The position numbers and the translations under genes were made by a program. This document shows positions 50,442 through 62,624 of a stretch of DNA of 64,000 nt, one piece after another. Under the pieces are notes generated by a model. The model ran no database searches and had not been told where the DNA came from. It saw nothing but the letters and a program-made list of their open reading frames with translations. Source of the DNA: Vicugna vicugna (taxonomy: Eukaryota); assembly GCA_013265495.1 (NCBI GenBank), contig MU061560.1:124001-188000 (forward strand), in the 5' to 3' direction. Position 1 is the first letter of the stretch; each line of letters begins with the position of its first letter.

Positions 50442-50954
50442 TGTAACCAAGCAGGACCCCGTGGGGGCTGGGGGCGGGGCAGACCCCTCCCCCAGGCAGA
50501 CCCCTCCCCCACATGCGCTGCTGTAGCTCCTCTCTGAAGTACCCGGATAACAGTATCTGATGCACATTTCCTGGGTTGTTTTACAGATGCAAAAACCCCC
50601 AACAAATGGGAGACTAACTACTCGATGACCATGGGCACACAGCCCCCAGGCCTCCTGGAGCCCAAGGATGGATAATGTTAATCCCTGTGAGACCGCCCTA
50701 TTAACCTCACCATCAACCAGTCAGAGAATTGTGAGCTAGCTGATCACACAGCCTGCAACTCCCTTCCCTCACTTTGCTGTTGAAAGTGCTTTCCTGAGAC
50801 CCACAGGGGAGTCTGGGCTTTTTAAGCATTAGCGGCCCCAGGTGCCTTGTCTGGTGCCTTACAATAAATGCTTCCCTTTCCTTCCTCACAACCCAGTGTG
50901 AGTGGACTGGCTTTACTGTGTGCAGGGGCGCAGACCAAGTTTGGTCCAGTAACA
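50442..50954 (+). mobile_element. Solo LTR, same family as 2394-2866
   Basis: TGTAACCAAGCAGGACCCC...AATAAA (~50863)...TTTGGTCCAGTAACA. Confidence 0.75.
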
Positions 50955-51599
50955 ATGGGACAGCAGAAAATGCTCCACGTGATCTGAACTGCCTGTGACA
51001 TTGATTGGCAGGTGAATGGAGGGGGATGGGACTAGATCTCAAACCCTGACCTGCTGACATCTATGGCATTGAGTATCAACTTGCTTCCTTCCCCTTCCCT
51101 TCAAGTAACTGCGGGGCATTTCCTAGAATAGTTCTCAAAAGAATACACCTTACATTAGGACCTGGGACGCATACATACATACACGACTGAATCAACACTT
51201 AGCCTGACAGCATATAATGCATTCTGGCATTTTCTATTCTGCTGTGTTTGTTTGTTTGTTGTTTTTTAATTCTTGGCTTCCTATAGCAGTTTAAACGCCT
51301 TGTCTTGGGGCAGAGGCAATATGGCTTGCAGCTGTCTCCTTCTTGGATCTGGACTGTGGATTTTAGCCAGATGTTTGCTACTCACTTCCAAGCTTCCCGA
51401 GGCAAATTGCCAGTGTGGTTGTCCTGCTGTTGGTCTTTGAGTTGATGGCCCATCTGTCCTGGATCTCGATGAGAGTCAGGGTAGAGGAGGGGGACTCTGA
51501 GGGAAAGCTCATTAAGTGTGGCCTTGTTCTGGATTCAGAATGTGGTGGGTCTGCACAAAATCACCCTGTCAGATAGGTAATTCTTTTAAAAAAAAATTT

Positions 51600-51725
51600 A
51601 GGGTGGAGGGTATATAGCTCAAGTGGTAGAGCACATACTTAGCATGCACGAGGTCCTGGTTCAATCCCCAGTGCCTCCTCTAAGAATAAATAAACCTAAT
51701 TACCTCCTCACACACACACACACAA
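51600..51725 (+). mobile_element. Vic-1-like SINE with (CA)n tail
   Basis: TATAGCTCAAGTGGTAGAGC..CTTAGCATGC..GGTTCAATCCCCAG. Confidence 0.85.
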
Positions 51726-52019
51726 ATTAGATCTATGATTTAAAAATTTCTTTAAAAAGTTAAATAATTAGAAATGCAGTCATCCCCAGCTCTGCACCAG
51801 TAACCTGTGATCGGAAACCAGTTGTTCTACAGGAGAATGTTATTCTGGAGCCTTTTGACATTTATTTTAAACAAGAAAAATTATACTATGTCAACCCCAC
51901 GCCCTCAACCAATTTCTTAAAACAGGTAGTTACAGCGTGGTGATATGCCCTTACATAAAGTTTAAAAATATCCAAACCATCTTGTTAGGTGTAAAGTGCT
52001 TAAAAAGTTGTTTCTCCTT

Positions 52020-52250
52020 TTTTTAAAATTTTTTATTTTATTTTTTTATTGAGTTATAGTCATTTTACAATGTTCTGTCAATTTCCGATGTAGAGCACAA
52101 TTTTTCAGTTATACACGAACATACATACATTCACTGTCGCATTCTTTTTTCGCTGTGAGCTACCACAAGATCTTGTATACATTTCCCTGTGCTACACAGT
52201 ATAATCTTGTTTATCTATTCTGTATATGCCGGTCAGTATCTACAAGTTTA
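52020..52250 (-). mobile_element. L1 3'-end fragment
   Basis: Same subfamily as 45397-45727. Confidence 0.75.
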
Positions 52251-52299
52251 AAACATTGTTTCTTTATCACCAAATACTTACTATGGTCGATAACAGCAG

Positions 52300-52877
52300 C
52301 CTTTGTGCAGAAGACCACTGACCAAGATGGCTTTGACAGTCCCTTCAGCCCGACTGAACTTAAACGGGCTTCTTTCTGACTTGAGGCCCCCAAGCTCCCT
52401 TTACTTTAGAAGACTTGTCATTTTTTTCTCTACCCCTTTGAGATATGAATGTTTTTTAAAAACCTCTGGGCAGTTTTACAACCCAGTAAAGTCTTTCTCA
52501 AGAACCTGGGAACCATCCTGTTGAAATGTAATCAGCCAGGGAGATGCACCCCCATCTCTCAGCTTCTGAGGGAGGGCAGGCGCCACCTCCAGGGTTCCTT
52601 ACTCCAGGTTGCAAAACTATCTCTTGTCATAAAGACATGAGAAATTTATCTTCCCTTCAGATAAAGCCAATTAGCACACACAGCTGGCTTATAACGCCCC
52701 CCTAGCATCCTCCGGGACCTTTCTACCAGCTCATCCCAGCCCTTAAAGAGCCCCACCCCTCCGCTGCCGTGGAGCTGCGTTCAGACTTGTTCTGACCTCT
52801 CCCTCCAGTTGCAGTAGCCTTGGATAAAGTCCTCTTCACCTGTTTAGCTTTGTCCGGTACAATTTTTCTTTTAACGC
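52300..52877 (+). mobile_element. ERV1-type LTR
   Basis: CAAGATGGC..; GATAAAGCCAATTAGC; GTTGCAGTAGCCTTGGATAAAGTCC..TTTTCTTTTAAC. Confidence 0.6.
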
Positions 52878-52954
52878 TGCTGATGGTCTTGTACTGCATC
52901 CCTTCTGTGGACATTCAATTTCACAATTTTCAAAAAAATTTACAAGGATTCTAT

Positions 52955-53580
52955 CTATATTAGTTTCCTGGGGCTGCTGTGACAAAGCACAATAAACTAG
53001 ATGACTTTAAAAAAAACGAACAAGCAAACCAGAAATTTATTCTTTTATAAATTTGGAGGCCAGAAGCCCCAAAGCAAAGGTGTTAACAGGGTCGTGCTCT
53101 TTCTGGGGAAGAAGCTGTTCCGCGTCTTTCTCTTAGTTTCTGATGTTGTCAGTCATCCTTGGTGTCCCTTGACTTACAGATGCATCCTTCCAATCACTGC
53201 CTCCATCGTCGCGGGCAGCCTCCCTGTGCACGTCGGTCTCTGTGTCTCTTCTCTTCCCCTTATAGGGATACCAGTCATGTTGGACCAAGAGCCCACAGTA
53301 CGTGACCATGGCCTTGTGTTAACTGACATCTTTTGGGGGTGGGGGGAGGAAGTAATTAGGTTTATTTATTTATTTGTCTTTAATGGAGGTACTGGGAATT
53401 GAACCCAGGACCTTGTGCATGGTAAGCATACACTCTACCGCTGAGTGATACCCTCCCCCAACTTACATCTTAAATTACATCTGCAAAGAGCTTATTTCCA
53501 AATAAGGTCACATTCACAAGTACCAGGGATTGGTTAGGACTTCAACATACCTTTTTCAGGGGACACGATACAACCCACAA
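52955..53580. mobile_element. MLT1-type LTR containing a Vic-1-like SINE (~53335-53460, -)
   Basis: TATTAGTTTCCTGGGGCTGCTGTGACAAA...AATTACATCTGCAAAGA..TTTCCAAATAAGGTCACATTC..CAACCCACA. Confidence 0.8.
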
Positions 53581-53614
53581 TTCACTCTGAAGAAACATCA
53601 ATGTATTTATTTAT

Positions 53615-53960
53615 TTTTATTATTTTATTGAAGTGTAGTCAGTTTACACTGTGTCAATTTCTGGTGTACAGCATAATGTCTCAGTCATACATATACATAC
53701 ATATATTCATTTCCATATTCTTTCCCATTATAGATGACTACAAGATATTGAATATAGTTCCCTGTGCTGTACAGAAGAAACTTGTTTATCATTTTATATA
53801 TAGTAGTTAGTATCTGCAAGTCTCAAACTCCCAATTTATCCCTTCCCACCCCTTTTCCCCTCCTGGGACCATAAAATTGTTTGTTATGTCTGTGAGTCTG
53901 TTTCTGTTTTGTAAATGAGTTCATTGGTGTTATCTTTTTTTCTTTTCTTAGGTTCCACAT
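53615..53960 (-). mobile_element. L1 3'-end fragment
   Basis: TTATTGAAGTGTAGTCAGTTTAC..ATATAGTTCCCTGTGCTGTACAG; similar copy at 59455-59800. Confidence 0.8.
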
Positions 53961-54291
53961 CAATAGTATTTGGAATGAAAGACTTTTCCCACATATGTCT
54001 ATGAAGTTTGGGAATTAAAAATAGAGGGGTGCCTATCTCCTAGTGATAAGGTTTACTCGGAAGGCACTGTGCAGGGTGGGCAGTGCTCTGTCTGCCTAGG
54101 TGGAGGCTTAGGTTTGGTGAGGGTGAAGCTTCTTTAAGAGGGGGATCGAGGACTAATGTCAAAGACAAAACCAGACAGGTAAGGAGGTTGTCTTTATGCA
54201 GACTGTCCGCCCTGAGAGCCACAGCAGAATGCCTCTGCAGGGTGGGTTTTCCCTTAGACTTAAGTCGGGAGGGGAGGTAAACAGGCTGTAG

Positions 54292-54987
54292 TGCGGGGGG
54301 CCACTCATGACCTGAGGGCTGCCGAGCACAGAAACTGGGCCTAAACTCCCAGAGTGCAGGGCGTCAGGCTCTAAGGCTGATTGAGCAAAGACAATCTCTG
54401 TCCCGCCACCCCTTTGTTAGAAAAATAGCAGGTGCATTTGGAGTCGGAAAAACATCTTGATGCCATTGAGTTATTAAGAACAGGGGCTTCTGGAAAGAGA
54501 GATACAGGTCACACAAGTTAGTGATCTTAGTAACAATCACCTGAGTTACCAATACACAAGTTACATAAGTTAGTGATCTTAGTGACAATCACCTGAGTTA
54601 CCAATACACAAATCACGATGTTAGCCTAGAGGAACAATAACAGTAATCAATGATGTTAGCTCTTGGGGAACGGTTAGTCTTGATTGATGAGAAATATAAA
54701 CAATAATGATGTATGTAACTATGCACAAGTTACTGATTTTAGTACACATTGTTAAGAGATCATAAAAACAATACCGTTACCTACGATACTGTTGCCTATG
54801 GGTTAAAAGCATATAAATTAACTGCTGGAAATAAACACGAGGTCCACTCTTGACCTAGCGTCTTGCGGGCTAGAGTGAGACCCTCTCCCCCACCTTTTAG
54901 TCTTGTTTTCCTTTTAGTCTTGTCTTTCTTTTCTCAGTCCTGCAGCACAGATTTCTGGACCTGGTCGATTGTCGGCTGGCTCCGACA
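54292..54987 (+). mobile_element. Young solo LTR, 6-bp TSD CTGTAG (ERV2-like), inserted in an older LTR-like sequence
   Basis: TGCGGGG...CCGACA; CTGTAG at 54286-54291 and 54988-54993; TATA-like ATATAAA ~54810; AATAAA ~54830; 52-bp tandem at 54509-54612. Confidence 0.9.
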
Positions 54988-55519
54988 CTGTAGGCAGAGG
55001 GATTTCCAGGTGGGGTTGTTTTGTAAGCAGGAGAAAGCTCAGTCAGGGAGTTGAAGAGGAAGTTTTTCTGTGGTTAATTAGTGGGGAAGAAACAACAGCT
55101 AATCAATTACAACAAAGAACGGGAAGCCGGGGGATCTGTGTTGCCTGGACTTGCCATCAGGTTCAGGCAAAAAGGGAAAGAAAGACCTGTGTTTGGCCTT
55201 GTCTCAGGTAAACAGAGGAGTCATCTGTGAGGATTACAGGAGGCATGAGAAAGAGTGGGCAGTGGGGTTTGTGAGTCAAATCGGGAAGGGAGATTTCTTT
55301 GAGTAAGCCGTTTCCTAGAACAGAAAAGGATGGGGGATTTCGGAAAACAGAAGGTTGAGGAAGTGTTCTTTGCCACTGCTGCTTTCCGGAAGCACAGGGT
55401 CCGGGTGAAGTTCAACGTTGTCGGTGGTCAGGAGGAAGGACCCCTTAGCGGCTGAGCGCACGGTTTCGTTGCCTGACTTAACTATCTACAGGCACTCTTT
55501 TTAGAAGTGTTTTGTCTGC

Positions 55520-55680
55520 GGGGGGGGATAGCTCAGTGGTAGAGTGCATGCCTAGCATGCAGGAGGTCCTGGGTTCAATCTCCAGTACCTCTATTAAAAA
55601 AAAAAAAAGAAAAATATATAAATTAATAATCCCCCTACCAAAAGAAAAAAAGGCTCCTTTAAAAAAAAGAAAAAAAAAAG
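55520..55680 (+). mobile_element. Vic-1-like SINE
   Basis: GGGGGGATAGCTCAGTGGTAGAGTGCATGCCTAGCATGC..GGTTCAATC. Confidence 0.85.
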
Positions 55681-57269
55681 AGTGGACGCTTATCATTTAA
55701 AAAAAAAAAGAGAGAACTGGTTTATTTATCCGCGCAGAATGACTTCCCCAGTAGTGGGGTGCCACCAAGTGGTGGTGCTAATTAGTGACTGCCAAACCTC
55801 GGGCTCCAGTGTGCTGGGTGGACCCCAGTAGTGTGCAAGGAAAACCATTGGGCTGAGGCAAGAAAGTACCAGAATTTCTACTTTATTTTTATCACAAAAG
55901 CAAGCAAGAATTAAATATTTAGTCCTGATATTTAACATAGCAGGTTGCACTGACTTCCTCACTGACTGTGTCACAAGGCACCTTCTCAGGGAAACACAGA
56001 AGCTTCCCACTGTGTAACTTTCCCCTCTGAACCCCTTCGGAGCGTCATGACATATTGCGGACTATGAATGCCCGATTAAGTGTGGATGACATTATCTGGT
56101 TTCAACTAAACCCATCCTTACACAACGGCCAAGTGGCTTTAAAAGACTCCTACAGAGAAACTTCTGGTTTAAAAAAATAACTCGAATAATGCACAAACCA
56201 GCAAGCAGGAATCTATGGCAGCACTGGCAAATATTCCCACTGCAGTAGACACTCTTCACCAGCTACTTGACAAAAAAAATTTAAAAATCTAACATATTTT
56301 ATAAGAAGTTGATCAAAACATTCAAAATTGTGAACACCGTTTAAAATAGGAATTTACTTTAGCGTTGTTAATCTCACCCTAATGGTTCTGTATGACGATG
56401 TTTCATATCTGTTTGGGTTATGACAGCTGCTTGCCCATCAATATTTGAAACAAATTGAATTTACATCTCTGTTTCATAGTGTTAACCCAACCTTTTCAAA
56501 ATTCGTGAAATGCAACATAAATAATCACTGATCTTTTCCCTATGATCGTGGAGAAGACCAGTGACTAGAGTCTATGTTTGCACACTTACAAGATATGGTA
56601 TAGCATAATTTTCAAAAAGGTAAAATTCTGATTGTTGGAGAAATAAAAAATGAACATACGTCAAAAATTTTACTTAACTCACTGATTAATGAAGGAACCA
56701 ATAAAGATGTTATGACCAATTCAGGGAGCATCTAAGAAGCAAAAAGCATCACAAGATAGGATCTACAGGATATAAAAGTGATTAATGCCTGATCAAAGGT
56801 TAGCCATAGGTAACTTTGGAGTTATCTGTTCTACTGAGAGAGATGCTTGCAGCTCTTCCAGACAAAAATCTCCAAGTTAACAAGTAAGTTCACTAATTCT
56901 GAGAATTTTAATCAATAGTAAAGAATGGAATGAACTTTACATTGTTATGATCTTCTGGCCAAATCCAGTCCATGTGTTTTGTAAATAAAGTTTTATTGGA
57001 ACTTTGTCGTTTCTTCACTTATGACTGCTCTTGTGCTGGAGTAGAAGATCTGAGTGCTCAGAGGCCTAAACCCAGCAAAGCCTCAAATATTTACTGTCTG
57101 GATCTTTACAGATGAAATGCGTGGGTCCCTGCCCTAGGCGACCTTCAGGTGGGCTTTGTCCCCACGTGCCAGTGAAAGGATGTGCTGCTCACTTTTTTTG
57201 CCTTATTTCCAAATTTTGGATAATTTTCTTGACAGCTACTTAAGGACTCTTAATATTCTTTATATATAT

Positions 57270-57585
57270 ATTTTTAACATTTGTTATTGACTTATAATCA
57301 GTTTACAATGTTGTGTCAAATTCCAGTGTAGAGCACAATTTTTCAATTATACATGAACATATGTATATTCATTGTCACATTCCTTTCTCTGTGAGCTACC
57401 ATAAGATCTTGTATATATTTCCCTGTGCTATACAGTATAATCTTGTTTATCTATTCTACAATTTTGAGATCCCTGTCTATCTCTTCCCACCCCCCTGTAT
57501 ATATATTTATTGGAGGTACTGGGGATTAAACCCAGAACCTCATGCATTCTAAGCATGTGCTGTACCACTGAGCTATACCCTCCCT
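57270..57585 (-). mobile_element. L1 3'-end fragment plus adjacent Vic-1-like SINE
   Basis: Same L1 subfamily as 45397; SINE at ~57505-57585. Confidence 0.75.
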
Positions 57586-59024
57586 GCTTAATACATAATT
57601 TATCTGTATTTCCATTACTTTCACATAGACTTTTTGGATCAAATTCCCTAAGTTTTATTTTATTTTTTTAATATTTTTTCCCTCAAGATGTTTTAGATAT
57701 TTGTTTACTCTTATATTGCTTTATTAATTACAAGTAACACAGAGGGCGTTTATTTTTGTCCTTTTAAATAAACTGCAACATTTTTTTGAAGTATAAAATT
57801 TTATATTCTTACTTTGAAGTTTAATTGACATCTATTGTCATGATATAGCTCACATATATAACAGTATATATCATATATATTGTCATGATATATGCTGCTG
57901 TCATTGTTAATTTTCTTGGCATGCAGTGAGACTCCCCATCCCATCTGCACATCCGTATCTTCATTTCAATAGCATCTGCTTTCACATTTGATAGTGTCTT
58001 TAGCATTTCATTTGGCATGTTTTCTTGCATTTACGCTCGTCGTTGCTCTGTCAGTATCCCCTTGTCTGTCTTCCATTTCTGTCATTTTCCCCTTAAGCTA
58101 CTTCAATCACCTTGCGCATTTTCTTTATAACTGATGTAGTTTCCACAAGTCTCTCCCCCAGGTGATTGCTTTACATTTGTTACAGCATCACTCTTATTTG
58201 GATAATCAAAATGACTTCAGCAATACCATTAACTTTTACCTTAATTTATATCCTTAGCTCTACCAGCTCCCTCCCCTCACCCGACCCCGTTGCTTTCTCT
58301 ACTCATTCTTAATCAAATATGTGTCCATGTATTCTTTAATTTTCCAGATCACTGGTTCATGATAAAAGGATGTAATTCAGGACCAGCCAGTTGGAAGAGA
58401 TGTATAGGGCGAGGACACAGAGCTTCCGTGCTGAGTGCACACCTCTCCCCATGTCTCCACATGTTCCAACCCAAAGACTCCGAATTCCCTAAGTTGTCAT
58501 TTAACCAATGTTTATTGAGCACATACTGTGAGCCAGATAGATATTGCAATGAACGGAATCGAGCTCTGTCACTTTCACAGTGGAGTGAGGAAGTCAAACA
58601 TGTAAAGGGGTTTTTCTCTAGGAGGTGAACGCTGAGCCCAGTCTGAGAGAGACACCCCAGATACGTGAAGACTGGAGGCAGCGGAAAGGGAAACGAGGCG
58701 CAGCTAATGGTGGCTGGAGGGGAAGATCTGAATTGACTTCGGGGTCTCTTTGGCTTTAGGAGAACTACTTCAATGTACCTTTTGATTACAGAAAAGTAAA
58801 ACCGAAGCCCTGTTTTGGAACGGAGATGTCTCGGGCAGTGGGAAACTAGGCTGTTTTTCTTGGGATTGTAAAATGTCCACTCATGTGCCTCCTTTCAGTA
58901 ATAAATATGTTGTAACACCCTCTTGACTATATGCCTACTTGTATACACAATATTTTAAAAATCAGTGTTATGTTCAAATCCAAACATACAGAAGTGGCAA
59001 AAAGTTATTATTAAAAAAAAATTT

Positions 59025-59105
59025 GTAATGAAGGTACTGGGGATTGAACCCGGGAACTCATGCGTTCTAAGCACACACTCTACCACTGAGCTCTACCCTC
59101 CTCCT
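59025..59105 (-). mobile_element. Vic-1-like SINE
   Basis: GGTACTGGGGATTGAACCC..CTACCACTGAGCTCTACCC. Confidence 0.8.
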
Positions 59106-59454
59106 CATATTATAAACATAATCTATGTAAGTGTTTGGTATGATCACGCCAAGAGGCATAATGAAGAGACCACGGGGCCTCTGTGTAGAGCAACAAGAAC
59201 ACGGTGGATACAAATGCACACGGAAGCCGTTAATCACCAACTCAAACGTCACAACTGGAGTTGCCTTCAGAAAAAATGATTTTCCAGAATGATGAGTAAC
59301 TAGATAAAATCCTGGGCCACATAAAGTACAATCTTTCCTAGATTTGCACAGTGGTTTCATTTCTGGAAAACTGGATGTCTAGCGAAACCACACAAAAATA
59401 TTTTGACATATGTAAAGCAAAGTTAAGTTTAAGTTCAAATAATTATAAGCAGAT

Positions 59455-59800
59455 TTTTTTTTAATTGAAGAATAGTCGGTTTACAATATGTCAGTTTCTG
59501 GTGTACAGCATACACACACACACACACAATCGTTTTCATATTCTTTTTCATTATCGGTTACTACAAGATGTTGAATATAGTTCCCTGTGCTGTACAGTAT
59601 GAACTTGTTGTTAATCTATTTTATATTTAGTAGTAAGTATCTGCAAATCTTAAACTCCCAATTTATCCCTTCCCACCCCCTCCCCCATAACCATAAGTTT
59701 GTTTTCTATGTCTGTGAGTCTGCTTCTGTTTTATAAATCAGTTCATTTGTCTTTTTTTAAAGATTCACATATAAATGTTATCACGCGGTATTTTTCTTTC
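59455..59800 (-). mobile_element. L1 3'-end fragment
   Basis: As at 53615. Confidence 0.8.
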
Positions 59801-59859
59801 ATAAACAGGTTTTTAACCTCCATAAATATGTGGAAGAACATTAGAAGCTCACACTGACT

Positions 59860-60053
59860 GTGAAACAGTTTTTCCGTGTGAGACTGCCTTACACATTAGC
59901 CAGCGTCCTTGGCCCCACTTACTAAATAAAGCACGGTAGAGCCCATTCAGATCCCTTCACCCCAAATCCCATTCACTGGATAATCCAAAAGAAGTCTTCA
60001 AATTTCCAAGTTGCCCTCTAGGGGGCAGTATGATTCCTGTGGAAAAATCATTG
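59860..60053. mobile_element. MER20-family-like hAT MITE carrying a CTCF-like motif (60012-60030)
   Basis: AATTTCCAAGTTGCCCTCTAGGGGGCAGTA...AAAAATCATTG resembles the MER20B terminus. Confidence 0.5.
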
Positions 60054-60513
60054 TGAGAAAAAAGTTGTATTACAGGGTAAACCTGCCTTGCCTGTAGGGT
60101 CTGAGGGGCAGTGTCATTCTGTTGCCTGGGAGGCAGGTTGGGGTGAGGGTGAGGGTGAGGGTGGGGTCAAAGAAATATCTTCTCCTCTGGCTAGCCCCCA
60201 GGGAAGCCTGGGCGCCTGCAAAAACAGAAGGCAAAAGAAACATTGGACACCCTTCTCATGCATTTTAAGATTTCCTTGATCAGTTTGCTTATAAAAAGCT
60301 ATAGTCAAGAAATGATTGGGTAAATGCAGAAATATCTGTCTATATCAGTATGTGAGTGTTCACGTATACGCATATGTAGCGTTGTATATGCGTGCACACA
60401 CGTTCGTCGTGTCATTGTGTTGCAGAAAAGTGGAGGCAATCTAAATGTCTGTGTACAGGAGAGGAGATTTAAAAAAAGAAAAACAAATCTATGACATATT
60501 TATAAAATGAAAT

Positions 60514-60668
60514 ACAGGTGTCCCTCAGAGATGGTTCTGTTCAGGACCACCACAAGAAACAAATACTGCAATTAAGCAGGTGACTCAAACTTTCCGTTTG
60601 TCCAGTGTGTATAAAAGTTATGCTATACTGTAGTCCATTAAGTGTGTAAGAGTGTTATGTCTAGAAAA
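60514..60668. mobile_element. Tigger1 terminal fragment
   Basis: TA|CAGGTGTCCCTCAGAGAT..GACCAC..CAGTGTGTATAAAAGTTATG..ATACTGTAGT; similar to 45818-46000. Confidence 0.7.
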
Positions 60669-60833
60669 GCCTTCCTGTTGCTCCTGCACTGAGTATATGG
60701 AAAAGTACCAGGGGGACGTCCCTTCTGTGTTGCTGGGACCTTGTATGACATGTTAAATAAAAGGCCTTCTCAATCTTAGTTATAGGAAATCTTGCTGAAC
60801 TGGGAGGGAAGAAGAATGCTTTCTAACTGCTCC

Positions 60834-61430
60834 TGTTGCGGAAAGATCAACCCCCGTCCCTGGGGAGTCCAATAACCCAGAGACAAGGTCTTGGAGCTTA
60901 GAAGACAAGAGGCAGCTTTATTGCTTTGCAGAGCAAAGGGGACCCACAGTAGGCTGGTGTCTACAAAACGGTGAGCCCGACTTGGGGATGGGGTGGGGTG
61001 GTTATACAGCCAGAGCTCAAACAATAAAGCATCGATAACCATCAACAGAATCATTTATCTTGTCATAAAGATTTCTTGGCATCAGGATGTCCTCAGGCAA
61101 CCGTTCTATACAGACTGGTTAGTTGTAACTTTTCCAATCTTTTCATCTCTTTAACACCTGTGGTATGTTTCCCTTTTAGGCAAATTAGCCTATTTTTGTG
61201 GCGTTACATTTCTGTGAACTTCTTCCTGGAGAATGACTCAGAAGCCAAACATGATTATAAGTTTTAATCGCCAGAGGAAAGTAAAAACAGTAAAATCAAT
61301 ACCTTTAGCTTTCACAGTGGCCCGGGACTGGGAGCGGTGACCGGTCGGTCAGGTTTGTCGATGCTCTAAGAGCAAGCAGCAAGCGTGCAGCCAAAAGTGA
61401 GTTAGCCGAGGTGCTGCCGTTTTATATTAT
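60834..61430 (-). mobile_element. LTR (ERV1-like); boundaries approximate
   Basis: TGTTGCGGAAAG.. start and reverse polyA CTTTATTGC at ~60917. Confidence 0.5.
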
Positions 61431-61949
61431 TCCTCCTTCACTCCCACACTCAGCACCTCAGCAGTGGGCACATTTAACACCTGAAAGTGTCAAAATGTAA
61501 GTTTCTTCATTGATTATTCTGTGCTGAACTGCCAGGCTTTTTTTTCCCCTTTCAAGGACAGTGTTCATTAATTTAGTTCCACCAGCCAGCTGGCAGGTTG
61601 TCCCATAGCCTGTCAAGGGTATTGACAAGAGACAGAGGTACTGCTTCCCTTGGAGGATTCCAGGGGTGGGGGCTTTTCACCTGCACGCAGAGAACCTCCA
61701 AGTGGCAGATTGAACATTTCCTGCTGCCGCTGCCGCTGCCGCCGAAGAGCAGAAGCCACAGAGCGAAGCCCTTTTCTGCATTCAGTGCGTCTCCCGTTCA
61801 TTCATTTTCAGAGCCTGGTTTTCCTCTGACAACGCTGCTCAGTCAGAACTGTGACAAGTGTACAAATGAACTGTCTACGCCTACTCTGAAGCACAGCAAC
61901 ATGTCTGCTGTCCTACGTGCTCAAATTTAGCAACTTCTAGTTCATTCTG

Positions 61950-62437
61950 TCTCTCTCTCTTTTTTTCTGTCTTTGAGAGTTCAGTTTTATTCAGCAGACA
62001 TTTCTGAGGACTCAAACCCCTTCCAGCCCAGGATGACAGCCTCTCAGAGGCTCTGAGGGGCTGCTCCTAAGAGGTAGGGGAGGAGCCAGGATATATAGGA
62101 GCTTTACAACACAGACCAGGTAGTGGGAACAATAAAAGATTCCTTGTTATCTAAAGAAAACCAGGCATCTCACGTTAAAGAATTTATTGCTTTTCTCTGT
62201 ATGGGAGGGAGCAAACATTTGGGCTCATTGAATTCATTCCTTTGACAAGCTCCTAGCTACCTAGGGCCAGTGTCCTGTCCTTTCTCATTCTGAGTCCACT
62301 CAGGGTGCACCACTGTGAGCGGCTGCAGAGGCCGGGCTGCAGGCCTGTCCTCACTGGGGGGTGGGGCAGCTGCTGATGTCTTGATGGCTTCAGCATTCCT
62401 TGTTTACTGGTAAGTTTTGCAGTATTTTTCATTCACG
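61950..62437 (-). mobile_element. 3' LTR of a - strand provirus; PPT at 62438-62450; internal sequence continues rightwards
   Basis: Reverse strand reads CAAGGGGGAGCAC|(C)GTGAATGAAAAATACTGC: a polypurine tract abutting an LTR start that matches the 62625 LTR start. Confidence 0.75.
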
Positions 62438-62624
62438 GTGCTCCCCCTTGATTCTAAATTTGACCAATATTTTGGGAGACATTTCATGACCAATTTTGTC
62501 CCACGGCGCTAGGAAGGCTCATTCCTAGATCAGGCAGAAGATTCTGTCGCCATGCCGCTCAAAAGTGTTCACAGGGATCAGTTAATACTCAAAAATTCTC
62601 TTGATCGTTTGTCTTACTAGTCTA

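Noticed and set aside
50119..50565. K/E/R-rich and F/L/S-rich ORFs
   Set aside because: Translation artefacts of the (TTTC)n microsatellite.
40924..54987. A single provirus bounded by the two similar LTRs
   Set aside because: The LTRs are in opposite orientation, each has its own TSD, and no gag/pol lies between them.
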